A DNA stretch of 59,711 nucleotides, the filler included, from Jimgerdemannia flammicorona (Eukaryota): the NCBI GenBank assembly GCA_003990765.1. It is 3 parts of 3 records of this genome, joined end to end, with 100 filler letters (N's around TTAATTAATTAA, not from the genome) between each part and the next. Parts side by side here need not be neighbours in the genome. Positions count along the whole stretch, not along the records: positions 1 to 19,839 come from RBNJ01001834.1; positions 19,940 to 39,776 come from RBNJ01001835.1; 1 more part is not named here. The stretch is one strand, 5' to 3'. The translations under genes were made by a program, and so were the position numbers. The notes beneath the pieces were generated by a model. That model worked only from the letters and a program-made list of their open reading frames with translations. It searched no databases and was not told where the DNA came from. Every line of letters starts with the position of its first letter. Position 1 is the stretch's first letter. This document shows positions 12,392 through 23,918 of the stretch, in pieces.

Positions 12392-12770
12392 TGTCGTCAT
12401 TCTGCACTTAAGTCGTCGTTCTGCACTCGTCGTCGTTCTGCACTTACTCGTCGTTCTGCACATAGTCTTCGTTTATCGCCGTTCTACGCTTAGTCGTTGT
12501 CACCATTTTGTGCTTATCCGTCATTCATCCGTCGTCTGTCGTCGTCGCGGCATTCATCACTGTTCTGCGCTAAGTCGTCGTTCACTGTCATTCTATGCTT
12601 AGTCGTCATTATCGTTCGGTGTTTAGTCATCATTCATCACTGTTTTGTGCTAAGTGGTTCTGCACTTAGTAGTCGTTGATCACCATTCTGTATTTGGTCG
12701 TCCGTCCATTCCGTCGTCGTCGTCATTGCCATTCTGCGCTTGGTCATTGTTCATCGTCATCCTATGCTTA
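12392..12770. repeat. Degenerate low-complexity repeat of a gtcgtcgttctgcacttag-like unit
   Basis: Recurrent (g/a)ttctg(c/t)(a/g)ct(t/a)agtcgtc motifs, about 10 imperfect copies. Confidence 0.65.
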
Positions 12771-13734
12771 GAGAATGGCTGTAATCAACGGATCAGTCCG
12801 AAAATGCAGCGACGACTTCAATTTTCCGCAGCTATGTGTTTAATAAAAACATTTTATTTTATTTAATTGGAGATGGCGCCTGAAGGAAACCTATCAGGAT
12901 TTCGGACGGGCCGCGGTGTAAATCCACGTGGTCAATGTGCGGCTGGAAATCATCTGACATAATTATATTCTCTCTTTTTATGTTTCATGCCATATATATG
13001 GTCGTTCTCACTAAATATAATCTACCACATTATACATATCAGGCAACGCTCGACCCCCTTGTGTTCCGTTTACCTTGTATATTCATTGCCACGATGATCG
13101 CATCTCATCACTACGAACAGAATCCCCTAGCCACATTTACCAGGACTCCCCAACCGACCTCAATTTAATTTAGGATTTATGTCTAGACGCTGAACGATTA
13201 ACTTGGAACACAGAAGCTTGAGTGTCGTCAGGACCGCCGCACGGAGTTTTTTTTTTTTTTTCTTTTTTCTTTTTCTGCCCGTGTTGCCTATCCCAGCTCC
13301 GCGATGTTTGGGGTTGTGCAACATTCTTCCAACATCCAAAAGACAGAAGTGATTTGGGTAGGATTTTTATCATGAAATTCCTCTCTTGTAACAACATGGT
13401 TTGCAAACGTTTTGGAATGATGGCCAGTCAATGGTATTTTATATGGAATATTGAGACTGATATTCCGAATGAAGGAGCTTCAGGCTCATACCAATTGATC
13501 TTGAAGTCTCTGATGTGGCCAAAAACTTCCCTGCAGAGTGCTACACATGTATGCAAAAAATTCGAATTCCCCATCCCCTCCCCCCTTTTATGATTGAACA
13601 CAGAAATGTTCAAGTTGACGCAGATAAGATTTGTCTTCGTGTAAACTAATGCTGGAGTTGTATGGCCAGAGCAGGCACACCCTTTAGCGTGAGATGTCAG
13701 AAATAAGGAGACGGAAATATGTACAATCTACTTG

Positions 13735-13741
13735 TATAAAA
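13735..13741 (+). promoter_or_regulatory. TATA box of the repeat-protein gene
   Basis: TATAAAA about 120 bp upstream of ATG 13858, followed by a CA-rich leader. Confidence 0.5.
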
Positions 13742-13857
13742 GACAATCAATGCACACTACTCTGAACCCTCACCAAGCACACACTGATATAGCAAAAGTC
13801 AACACAAATTTCCAAAACACCAAAACAACACCAAACAAACACAACATTAACAGAAAA

Positions 13858-14551
13858 ATGACCAAGCTTTTCCTCACCATACTGGTTGCTGGTATGGCTA
13901 TCCAGGCTGTCTCTGCTGCTCTCTAACCCAGTCATAGTCTCAACAAGTGCTCAGGCAGTGAGATCTATTACTCTCTAGATTCCTATTATTATTTGTTAAA
14001 GAAGTATAAGATAAATTTGACCTTTTGCCTTAATTATGATAATAATCTTTTCTGGGTATGTAAATAGTTATTCTATCTTAAAATCAACAGGGTTATGAAG
14101 GAGAATGATTACAAGGATAACTACTATAAGAAGAAGGATAACTACTATAATAAGATGACTATATACTATAAGAAAGATAACTATTACAAGAAGGATGACT
14201 ACTATAAGAAAAATAACTACTATAAAAAGAATGACTATTATAAGAAGAATAACTACTATAGAAAGAATGACTATTACAGAAAGAATGACTACTATAGGAA
14301 GAATAGCTACTATAGAAAGGATGACAATTATAAAAAGAATAACTACTATAGGAATAATCTATAATAAGAAGAATGACTATTATAGAAAGAATGACTACTA
14401 TAGAAGAGATAACTACTATAAAAAAGATGACTACTACAGAAAGGACAACTACTATAGAAAGAATGACTACTATAGAAAAGATAACTATTATAGAAAGAAT
14501 AACTACTATAAAAAAATAACTATTATAGAATGAATAACTATATACTATAAA
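13858..14551 (+). pseudogene. Secreted precursor with signal peptide, probable propeptide and a tandem (K/R)K(D/N)(D/N)YY hexapeptide array; disabled by point mutations
   Basis: One frame from ATG 13858 reads MTKLFLTILVAGMAIQAVSAAL*PSHSLNKCSG...VCK*...MKENDYKDNYYKKKDNYY... The stops TAA and TAG fit C>T or G>A changes, and LNKC could derive from LNKR. About 25 units of 18 nt, with a frameshift near 14360. Confidence 0.7.
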
Positions 14552-15013
14552 CATTCCAAGGATGTGATGGTACTACCATCACTGGACAACAATATCCAAC
14601 CCAAAGAATGACTTATATCAAATTCATAGATGCTGTGAAATATTATATGTACAAGTCAGGGGCAGCCAATGAAGCTGAGTATCAATGGATGTCATAGTAT
14701 TACTATATAGTGTATTTATATCTTTAAAGACTTTGGCAACAAGTAGCACAAAATTGATTCAACATCATTATGAGAGAGATAGTGAATTGTCTATAGTCCA
14801 ACAGCCCCAAAAACAACAAGAGGTTTTTAAATCAATATATATTATATAGAAGGAGATACTTTGAAATAGGGAATGTTTTGTAGGATCACTTTATAAATTT
14901 TGTAGTACCTTTTGTTGCAGTCAAGAACAGTACCTCGAAGGAGCTCTCAGAAGTACTTGAAATGAAAGATGATCTCAATGAAGATTAGATAATAAGTAAA
15001 ATGCAATCAACTA

Positions 15014-15074
<61 letters not shown>
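14552..15074 (+). other. Segment interrupting the repeat array and ending in a 60-nt poly(A); possible retroposed insertion
   Basis: Poly(A) at 15015-15074. Flanks aactatatactataaa (14536-14551) and aactacatactataaa (15073-15088) differ by one C/T. Confidence 0.45.
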
Positions 15075-15076
<2 letters not shown>

Positions 15077-15352
15077 ACATACTATAAAAAGAATAACTAT
15101 TACAGAAAAGATGACTACTACAGAAAAATAACAATTATAAGAAGAATGACTACTATAGAAAGGATGACTACTATAGGAAATATGATTACTATAAGAAGAA
15201 TAACTATTATAAAAAAGATTACTAATATAAAAAGAATAACTACTATAAAAAGAATAACTACTATAGAAAAGATGACTACTATAGAAAGAATGACTACTAT
15301 AAGAAAAATAACTACTATAAAAAAAATAACTACTATAGAAAGAATAATTATA
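15075..15352 (+). repeat. Second block of the 18-bp (K/R)K(D/N)(D/N)YY array, about 15 units
   Basis: Same aRRaaRRatRactactat unit as 14101-14550. Confidence 0.85.
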
Positions 15353-15359
15353 TATTGTT

Positions 15360-16495
15360 GATAAGAAGAATAATATTCTGATTTTATATAGTATATTTTT
15401 GATCAAGTATCTATAGCTCTAGTTGAAAATTTTCTGATCATATTTATACTTATTTGTTAATATGATATTTGACTAGAAGAAGTAATCTGTTTAAATATAT
15501 AGATTTTGAGACTTATAAATAATAAGAGATTTTAAATACTCTAAACTATCAGTATTATATATTATAATATACTAGCTCAATAAAGATAAATTACAAGATT
15601 GAGACTACTATATAGATTGGCTTGAGCCCTCAATTACTTTGTCAAAAGTAATAAAATATTTAATAGTTTCTGGTACAAGAAATAGAAGTTCTGTTTATAT
15701 AATATAGATTGATTTCAGTAAGTTTCTAATTCAGTAATCTGGTATAATGTAGTAATTTTAACAGAATTTTTAAATAAAGTAGATTTCTCTTGAGCAAAGT
15801 TATATCAAAGACTACTTTATTTGTATGAACTAATTTATTTACCATAAAGATATGTCTTATTCTAGACTAGCTTTATATAGGTAAATTTCTTAAAAATAGT
15901 GGGGTTTCCTTAAGTAACAGATTACTCAAAGACAGTGAAGTTCTTTACTTGAACTTAGCAGTAAAGACTTTCTATCAGAAAATTGACTGAAGTGAAAGTA
16001 AGCTTATAATCTTTTGACAGTAGCTTATTAATAAGTTTCTCCTCTTAAGTATCTAGATAATTGGCTTTTACTTTAATTATCAGACTCTTCTCTTCTTTAT
16101 ATCAGAAAGTAGATCAGAGTGTAAAGCTCACAATATCTTAAAAATAGCTTTTGAGTAGATATTTCTCAATTCTTTCTAGATCAAGTGACTCTTAGCAAGT
16201 ATGTATATCTCTTGAAGTATATTAGGCAGACTTGTCTTTTGCTTTTTGAATTCAGGTTTTCAGACTGAGGTTTATTTACTCAAATCTCTGAGATATTTTA
16301 TATAGTTATAATTGCTATATAGCTAATTATAAATTACTATTTCTGATAATATTTAGCTATTTCTATTAGAAATATAAATCTCAAATTTTAGTACAATATA
16401 TTAGCTAGATACTTTATATCTTTATTTGACTATCTGGATTATTTATATATATAAGTTGGTATAGTAGAGTAGTCCTAGTTACCTAGTATATATAT
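15360..16495 (-). mobile_element. Hypermutated Gypsy LTR/leader relic related to the LTR starting at 38951
   Basis: tataatatactagctcaataaagataaattacaagattgag (about 15562) vs tgtaatgtgcctggctcaatgaaggtcaattacaaggttggg (38951). Further shared blocks: ttggcttgagcc, ttactttgtcaaaa, gcaaagtt.tatcaaagact. Boundaries approximate. Confidence 0.7.
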
Positions 16496-16962
16496 TGTAA
16501 TGTAGCGGACACTTACTCTTAAAAGTATGTCAGATTTCTGTATCTTGAAAACTTGACTGTTCTGACTCTCACAGAGTCTTTTGAAGTTGTGGGAGAGAGT
16601 GGGTGAGTTTAAAGTGTATCTGTCCACAGGCTTACTAGTTTCTTTGCTATCTCTTTGCTTTGAACTATTTTGATCTGAGATTTATTCACTTGAAGATACT
16701 GGGTTATTTATACAAGTTTGCTAGCTATGAGATGGTTACTGGGTTACATGGCTAAGTTATGAGTCATTTAACACTTTGTGAAATATTTTGCCAGTTGTGA
16801 AATGCTATACTAAATCAAGAAGCTCGATCTTGCACTTTGCAAAATATTTAGCAAATGGTGGAATCGAGGACTGCTAACTATGTGGCTATACTACTTTGGG
16901 ACTGGGTGTGATCAAGTGTCTGTTCCCTATTTCCTTCTTCCAAATCTGACTATACTATCACA
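16496..16962 (-). repeat. 3' LTR of element A (about 467 bp)
   Basis: TG...CA ends (minus strand tgtgatag...cattaca), immediately preceded by the purine tract aggaggaag. Confidence 0.65.
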
Positions 16963-17461
16963 ACTTCCTCCTGAATAGATGATCTCATCCCTGGAGTATC
17001 TATTCAAACTCCCAAGCTTCAATAGTCTATATGGTCTTGTATTGTGCAATTTGTTACATTACTGTTTCCCAATGGTATTGCCTGACTTGGTTGAAGTCTG
17101 AGGGAGTCACTCCTCACAGGTGGGCTAGTACTGATTCATTCTCTTAGAATAGTTTGTGGATTCTCTTAGCAATGGTGATCTGGGAATAGGAGAGCTGGCA
17201 TTCTGCGATCTAATTTTCTTTGGTCATTTCTGGGTCTTGGTTGAGTACTTGGCCAAGTTTGAAGTACTCTTGGAATTCATTTTGATGCTGATAGGTCTTG
17301 AAGTGTGAGATCTGAGAGAGATGAGTCTGCACAATACTTTGGATACTGTCATAAGACTCCTTTATGGTCAGAGGCTCAGTGGTGCACCATTGTCTCTTGA
17401 TGGCTCTTTGGGCAGTGCTAGTGATCTTGAGTGCCATCACAGTACTTTTATTACTAGCCAT
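16958..17461 (-). pseudogene. Accessory ORF (about 167 codons) between integrase and 3' LTR of element A
   Basis: Starts MASNKSTVMALK. No frameshifts; internal stops are all explicable by C>T or G>A. Contains EYFKLGQVL and IAKRIHKLF...L.GVTPSDF. Confidence 0.65.
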
Positions 17462-19839
17462 GGTATTTCTTGAGTCAGTTTCGGTGAATTGTGGTGGGGA
17501 TTATTATGCCTGAGGGTTTTTGTAGCCAAAAGGTGGTCTCTTTTATATCTTGTACAAGGTAAGGTCCTTCCCACTTGGGCTCCAGTTTTCGTGACTATGA
17601 AGCTTCTACCATATTCTGATACACCAGGACTTTATCTCCTATCTTGATAATCTCCAAGAGTTTGTGGGTCTTTTCCGCATTTCTCCATTGTAGTGTCTGC
17701 ACCTTAGTTATATAATCCTCAGCCTTCTTCCTGATTTAGTGTAGTCTCCATATTTCCATATCCACATGTTTCTATACAGCATCTCCATTGGAAGATAGGG
17801 TTCCCTGAGAACATTCTTCTCTGAACAACATTTCTCGAGAGATAAAGTGGGTACTTTGTGATCAGATATCCTGGAGAGCATATAATGCTATTGGCAGATA
17901 GTAATCCCAGTTCTCATAGTTATCACAGATCTTGGCAATAACATTCTTGAGGGTTTTGTTGGTCCTTTCTACTTGTCCATTTTCTTAAGAGTGATATACT
18001 GTAGTCTGAATATGCTGGATCTTGTACTTCTTGTAGAGAACTTCGAAGAACTGGGTCACGAATTCTGTTCCTCTATCTGTAGTTACTTATGTGGGGGTCT
18101 TGAACTGGCAGATGATTTCCTTGTGGAAGAAATTGGCAATTGACTGTACATTGGCTTCCATAAGGGGTCCTGCCTCTATCCATTTTGTAAAAAGGTCTAT
18201 GATGATGATGATGTATTAGTTGCTAGTCAAAGTCAAGAGTAGAGGGCTGATTACATCTATTGCAATGTGGACAAATGGTACCAGTTCTATATATACTGAT
18301 CCTGGGGCTCGATTTCATTGGTCTTGTTTCTGTTTCTGGTATTTGTCACAGGTCTTGACAAATTGTCTGATATCTTCCTCCATCTCTGGCCACCATATTG
18401 TTCTTCTTGCCTTGTCATATATATTTATTCCTCCTAGATGACCAAGTTCATGTACTGATTTCATTGCTTGCTCCTTCTTGTGTTCTGGTATGACTAGCAG
18501 TTTTCCTTTCTTTAGTATTTCTCCATCAGTTTTGAATTGTTTCCATGTTCTGTTGATAATCATTTATGTCCATTCTTCCAGATGTTGGGGCATCTTTCGC
18601 TGTCCCAGGTATATGATAATTCCATAGTAGAGCTCCTTATTTATGATTGATTTGTTGGTTGGAGATAGTTCGGAGTGTCCATGAGAAGGCATCTACATTG
18701 ACATTAGTTCTTCCAGAGCAGTGTACAATGGTTACATCATAAGCTTGCAACTTCATTATCCATCTGGCATAGATTCCTTTGGATTGTCCAGTTGTCAGTA
18801 GCCAGATGAGAGCTGAGTGGTCCGTTTGGATGGTGAAGTGTCCTCCAGCCAAGTAGTAGTGGAACTTTTCTATGGCCCAGATGACTGCAAGACATTCCAA
18901 CTTGTAGGATTCATATTCTTTTTCAGCTCCTCGGGTTCCACAGCTGAGGTATGTGATGATATACTCCACTTTATCTTTCTTTTGAGCTAGAACTGCTCCT
19001 AGTCCTTGTGCACTTGCATCAGTCTGTAGGATGAATTCTTGAGTCCAGTCAGGTCTTCTGAGGATGGGTGCTTGGGTTAGTCTGATCTTGAGTTCATCAA
19101 ATGCTTTTTGTTGTCTGCCCATCCACTGGAACTTGGTATCCTTCTTGTTAAGTTCGTAGATTGGTCCCGCAATATTAGAAAATCTTCTAATAAATCTGTG
19201 ATAATAGGAGGCAAGTTCCATGAAGGCTTGGGCTTCCATAACAGTAGTGGGTCTTAGGTATACTGCCACTACTTGTATCTTGAGGAGGTTCGTGTGTGTT
19301 CCATCTTGGTTGATGATGTGGCTGAGATAGGAGATCTTGATTTCTGTGAATTTGCATTTTTTGGGCTTGATGTATAGGCCATGCTTTCTCAGTCTTTCCA
19401 TTATCTGCCAGATGTGCTGCAGGTGTTCTTCTGGTGTCTGGCTGTAGATGATTACATCATCAATATAGACCATCATCCATCTTCCCATGTCATAGCAGAA
19501 GATTTTGTTCATCATTCACTAGAAACTTGCCAGTATATTGCACATTCTAAATGGCATTCATAGGTAGACGTAGGTTCCATCTGGGGTGATGAAAGCTGAC
19601 TTTTCACTTGCCATGTCTGTGAGTCCGATTTGGTGGAATCCTGAGTATAAGTCCAAAGTGCTATAGTACTATGCTTCATCTCCCAGTATTATGAGGATGT
19701 CATTGATGAGGGGTAGTGGTTGGCAATCCTTCTTGGTAACCATGTTGAGCTTTCTGTAGTCAACACAGAGTCTTGGGGCAAATTCTCCAGACTTGCTGCC
19801 CTTTTTTGGGGCTAGTACAACAGGTGAGGACCAGGGGCT

Positions 19840-19939
19840 NNNNNNNNNNNNNNNNNNNNNNNNNNNNNNNNNNNNNNNNNNNNTTAATTAATTAANNNNN
19901 NNNNNNNNNNNNNNNNNNNNNNNNNNNNNNNNNNNNNNN
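19840..19939. other. Assembly gap (N run with TTAATTAATTAA six-frame stop linker)
   Basis: 100-nt spacer with the same structure as 39777-39876. Confidence 0.97.
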
Positions 19940-19953
19940 AAAAAAAAAAAAAA

Positions 19954-21573
19954 TAGACTATTAGAGTATTAGATTAGAGATAGTTATCAGAGTTAATTTG
20001 TAAGAATTTCTATAGAGAGTTATAGCTGAGTGAGGAAGTATCTTGAAGTAGAATTAAATTATATCTAAGCTTTGCTTAGTTCTGGACCATTTCAGAGTTA
20101 GTTTATACTATCCTGAAAGTATTGGTATATTTTATTTTATCATAGACATATTGGTTTATATACAATTATAAATTTATCTATCTAAGACTTATGTGTGAGA
20201 CATTATATAAAACTAGAAATAAAACATAGTAGTAAAAGAATGAACCAGCTCCTACAGAGTTCTCTTAGCCATTTTGAAAGCTTGGCAGTTCACCTTCTTC
20301 CTTTCAACCTCTGAAACCTTTTTTTCTAACTATGAACTATAAATAACTTCAACAGCAATAGCAATAGGCTGTCCTGACCAAATAAGCTGAGTTTATTTGA
20401 TAGATTACAGAAGCAGTCACAGTCCTCCTCTATCCTACTCTGCCATATCCAGCTATTATAATTAAACATAAATAACAGCAAATTATCAATTCTCTCTTTC
20501 TCTAATCCAGGAGACCAGCTCTTGGATCTGATGAATAATCTAATGATATAGATGATGATATCTCTTGATAATGATGGCAGTAATGAGAAATTCCTCACCA
20601 CTGTGAGAACAAGTTCTAACTGCCATTTTACTATTCTGCCCACCTTCACTAATATTATTCTTACCAAATACAATCTTATATACCTTACTCTCCCCAGTCT
20701 CAGGAAGCTCATCTGCCACAATCTGGAGCCCAAGATGATATCTTTCAAACTTTCTCTATCAATGAGGTATTTCTTGATGATTTCTTCAAAGCTGCTCAAG
20801 ATGCTAACTATTCCTCACCAACTCATAATATATAATCTACAATATGCTCTACCCTATCACCATCCTCCTCTATATCCTTGAGCTATAGAGTTATAGGGCC
20901 AATATTTACCAAGACTTGGTCCATGAAGCTATCATTGCTCTCATAGTAGAAAAACTCTAAGATTCCCTCTAGATCAGATTTCATAAAGCTGAAAGTATCT
21001 ATATCTGCTGATATATTGATCTTACCAAGACTACCAGATAGTTCCCTACTCTTATCTCTATATACTGCATAGTCATCTCTGGTTCCAAGTATGATAGTAA
21101 CTTCTTCAGTACTGATTTCATCTGCTATTTTCATTATAACACCAAATATCAGAAGTACTAACTAATTGTCTGAGTGGCCTTCAGCAAGACCTCCATCCCT
21201 CAGAACTCCTTCTTTGTCTGTAGCAAATTTACCTCTAGAAGCCATGGCTGAGGAATCAGATCTCAAGGCAATCAATGCTCTGACTTCCACTATTCTCAAC
21301 AATCCTCTCAGAACTGCACTCCTAGTTAATAGGGTAGCTTTCAGAGCCAGACCCCAGGATCAGATATATCAACAACTGCCACCAACCCCTGAAGGATCCT
21401 CCTCTATATTACTCACTGGTTCTGAAGATACTCAACATCTCCAAGGTGGGTGCCTAACTGGCTCAAGTCCCCAAATTGATTTGGCAGTTACTGGGTATCA
21501 ACTGCTGAATAAATGATACATCCTATAGTAAGATACATATTGACTGAATATACCTCCTGACTCTACTATATAT
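19954..21573 (+). mobile_element. DIRS-type element, 5' part (left inverted terminal repeat and gag-like region)
   Basis: 19955-19992 is an imperfect inverted copy of 31976-32019. An Arg/Gly/Gln/Ser-rich gag tail lies near 21200-21390, with a GGCL (GGRL-like) motif upstream of the RT. Confidence 0.6.
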
Positions 21574-22159
21574 TGTCATATAGTAGTTGCTGAGTCCTTC
21601 AAATATGCCAGATTCTCTTCAAGGTGTATCTCTTAGACTAACTCAAGTTTGTTATAAGCAAGTTCTTATTGGAGTACCTTTCTAAGATCTTTTTGTCCTC
21701 AAACTTCTTATCTTTAAACTGTCTTGTTATCTCTTAGATTGCTTGCAAGGAAGTGTATATATTGTACTAAGAGGAACTGACTTTATTTTAAAAGAAATGA
21801 GAGGGATATTTATACAAAATATAATTCAATAATTGCTAAGATATAAAGCTAAGTATAAATTCCAATAACAAAAATAAAATGTCAGGATAGGAAAAACTGC
21901 TAAATTCCAGAGTTGGTACTGATGGTAGTATAAGTTCAGGATGCTGGTATAATTCAGTGTCACATCAACCTAGCATAATTTAGTGTCACATCAGAATGAC
22001 AGTGCTGGCATAATTTAGTATTACATCAGAATGCTAGTGCTGGTATAATTCAGTATCACCAAAGGACCTTAAGGCAGAATGTTCAGGACCATAGGGGCCT
22101 CATCCTCATCAGAGGTCAGGATGTCTTTGAAGGAGATGAGGTCTCCGAATTCATCATTG

Positions 22160-22161
<2 letters not shown>
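21574..22161 (-). repeat. 3' LTR of element B (partial, truncated by a LINE)
   Basis: Collinear with 26852-27044 plus 27810-28212, including internal about 33-bp tandem units (ggYataattcagtgtcacatcagaat). Confidence 0.88.
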
Positions 22162-22197
<36 letters not shown>

Positions 22198-23918
22198 CCA
22201 CTTGGACTCTTCCTTTATTACACCCATCTATCCCATATAAGTACAGTGAACCCACCCCCTATCCAATCCCCCTTAGGGGGCCCCTCCCCCCTACCTATTC
22301 TTGACAAAACACCACTCTATTGAATACAATTCCCACCCTCCCACTACTCTGTTTACATAACCTCACTACCAAACCTCACCATCACCCCACTGAAGGACCC
22401 CAACCTATCCACCATCCAGTCATCAGATCCCCCCAACAGCTCCTCCCATCTCAAAATCTTCTCCTGTAGTCTTATCTGCTGCCCCTCCTCAAACACAAAT
22501 AGCCAATGTCCCACCAATCCCACCCAAACTGCTAACACCCACCCAATAGTGAGCCAACTATCACCCACCCCCCCCCACTAGTCAAGATCTCAAGTCCTCC
22601 CAGCAATCCCTCTCACCTGCTGGCCTATGCTCCACACCCAGTTTATTCCCTATTTCAACTGAAAAGTCCCCCAAAACCTCACACTCTCTCAGCCAATGTT
22701 CCGGCATCTACACCAAACCCTCAGCTTGCCCTACATTGTAACACTCCTCACAATCGAAACAGCCACCATCCACCAGATACCCAGTGCAGAAATTCAGCAT
22801 GATATTCCTCTGCAGCATTCACCACCACACCACCCAGAACTTGGGGGGAAGCCACTGCCATACCTCAGCACTCCAAGACCAGATATCTGTCCAGTCCTAC
22901 TCCTTGCCGATCCCGACTGCCTGTCAATTGCTTGGCCAAAGATCCTGGCCAAGACCCTGCTGACACTCCACTCTGTCCTCAATTCAAAAGTAGCAAGTAG
23001 AGCACCCCCCAGTAGCAGTCTATCCCATTACCACATACTAGGTCCCCACAACATCTCCCCTTCATTGCCCTGTCAGCACAGACCAATTCTGTGTACTCCA
23101 TCAATCACTCCCCACCAAAAGCCCTTAAACCACAGCCTCTGGATTCCATTGAGCCCTACCAAAGAGAGTAGATCTCCTGAGGACCCTTGGGGGGAGGTCC
23201 TCATCTCCCACACCTTCTGCGGCAGAGGCACCCAACCCCCTCCTTACAGTACAGCCACTCTCTTCAACCACCAGACTCACAAGCAGTACAACCTCTTAGG
23301 GAAATCTACAAGGCCAAGACCTCCCCTGACCACCAGTGTCGCAAGAGTATCCCAACTGATCTGGGACCTCCTCCCTGCCCAAATCCAATCTCTAGCCACC
23401 TTTGTCAGTGGCTTCACCACCCAAGCTGGGAAGTCTAGGTGGTAGGCTACATACCACAGCTTGGAGAACCAGTATATATTCAGAATTGATACCCACTCTA
23501 CTAGAGAGATATAGCGGCCTCCCCAACCTCGAAGGGCCTCTCCCCAAACAGCCACCCTGCTCTCCCACCACTCTTGTGGCAAGACAGTGCCATATACAGA
23601 GAGGAAGATGCCCAGATACCATACCACCTCACCAGTAGGGACAATTGTTCCAATGACATCCCCACCCACCAGCCCATTCCCGAGCACCATAGTCTCACAC
23701 TTATGTCAGTTGAGCTTTGCCCCAGAGTGATCCTCATACTATTTCACCATTTTCTTAAGTGCCTCGACATCTGCCACAGACCCAAGGCCAACCACCATAT
23801 CATCCGCAAAGGCTCCCACCTTCCACACTATGCCATAGATAGAGAGCCCTACCACCTTCTGGCAAATCCTATCCATCAATAGCTCCAATGAGAGGGCATA
23901 AAGAATAGGGAACAGGGC
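22162..23918 (-). mobile_element. 5'-truncated LINE, copy 2 (C-terminal RT to poly(A))
   Basis: Long T-run at 22162-22195, AATAAA, FADD motif, YWFSKLWY; homologous to copy 1. Confidence 0.9.

Larger units (their letters stand above)
16496..19839 (-). mobile_element. Ty3/Gypsy element A: RT-RNase H-integrase-accessory ORF-3' LTR; 5' part lost in the gap
   Basis: [26 protein letters not shown], integrase HHCC (HELGH...CDK), WEGPY. Domain order RT-RH-INT identifies Gypsy. Confidence 0.92.

Noticed and set aside
14056..14091. Possible intron gtatgt...aacag in the repeat-protein gene
   Set aside because: Only about 36 nt, and splicing at aacag shifts the frame into stops; the unspliced frame runs directly into the repeats.
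14159..15406. Minus-strand YSSY/IVVIL ORFs and the plus-strand RMTTIE frame
   Set aside because: Alternative frames of the 18-bp array; only the KKDDYY-type frame is continuous with the signal peptide.
19840..19939. TTAATTAATTAA palindrome inside N runs (also at 39821)
   Set aside because: Artificial six-frame stop linker used in scaffolding; adjacency across the gaps is not guaranteed.
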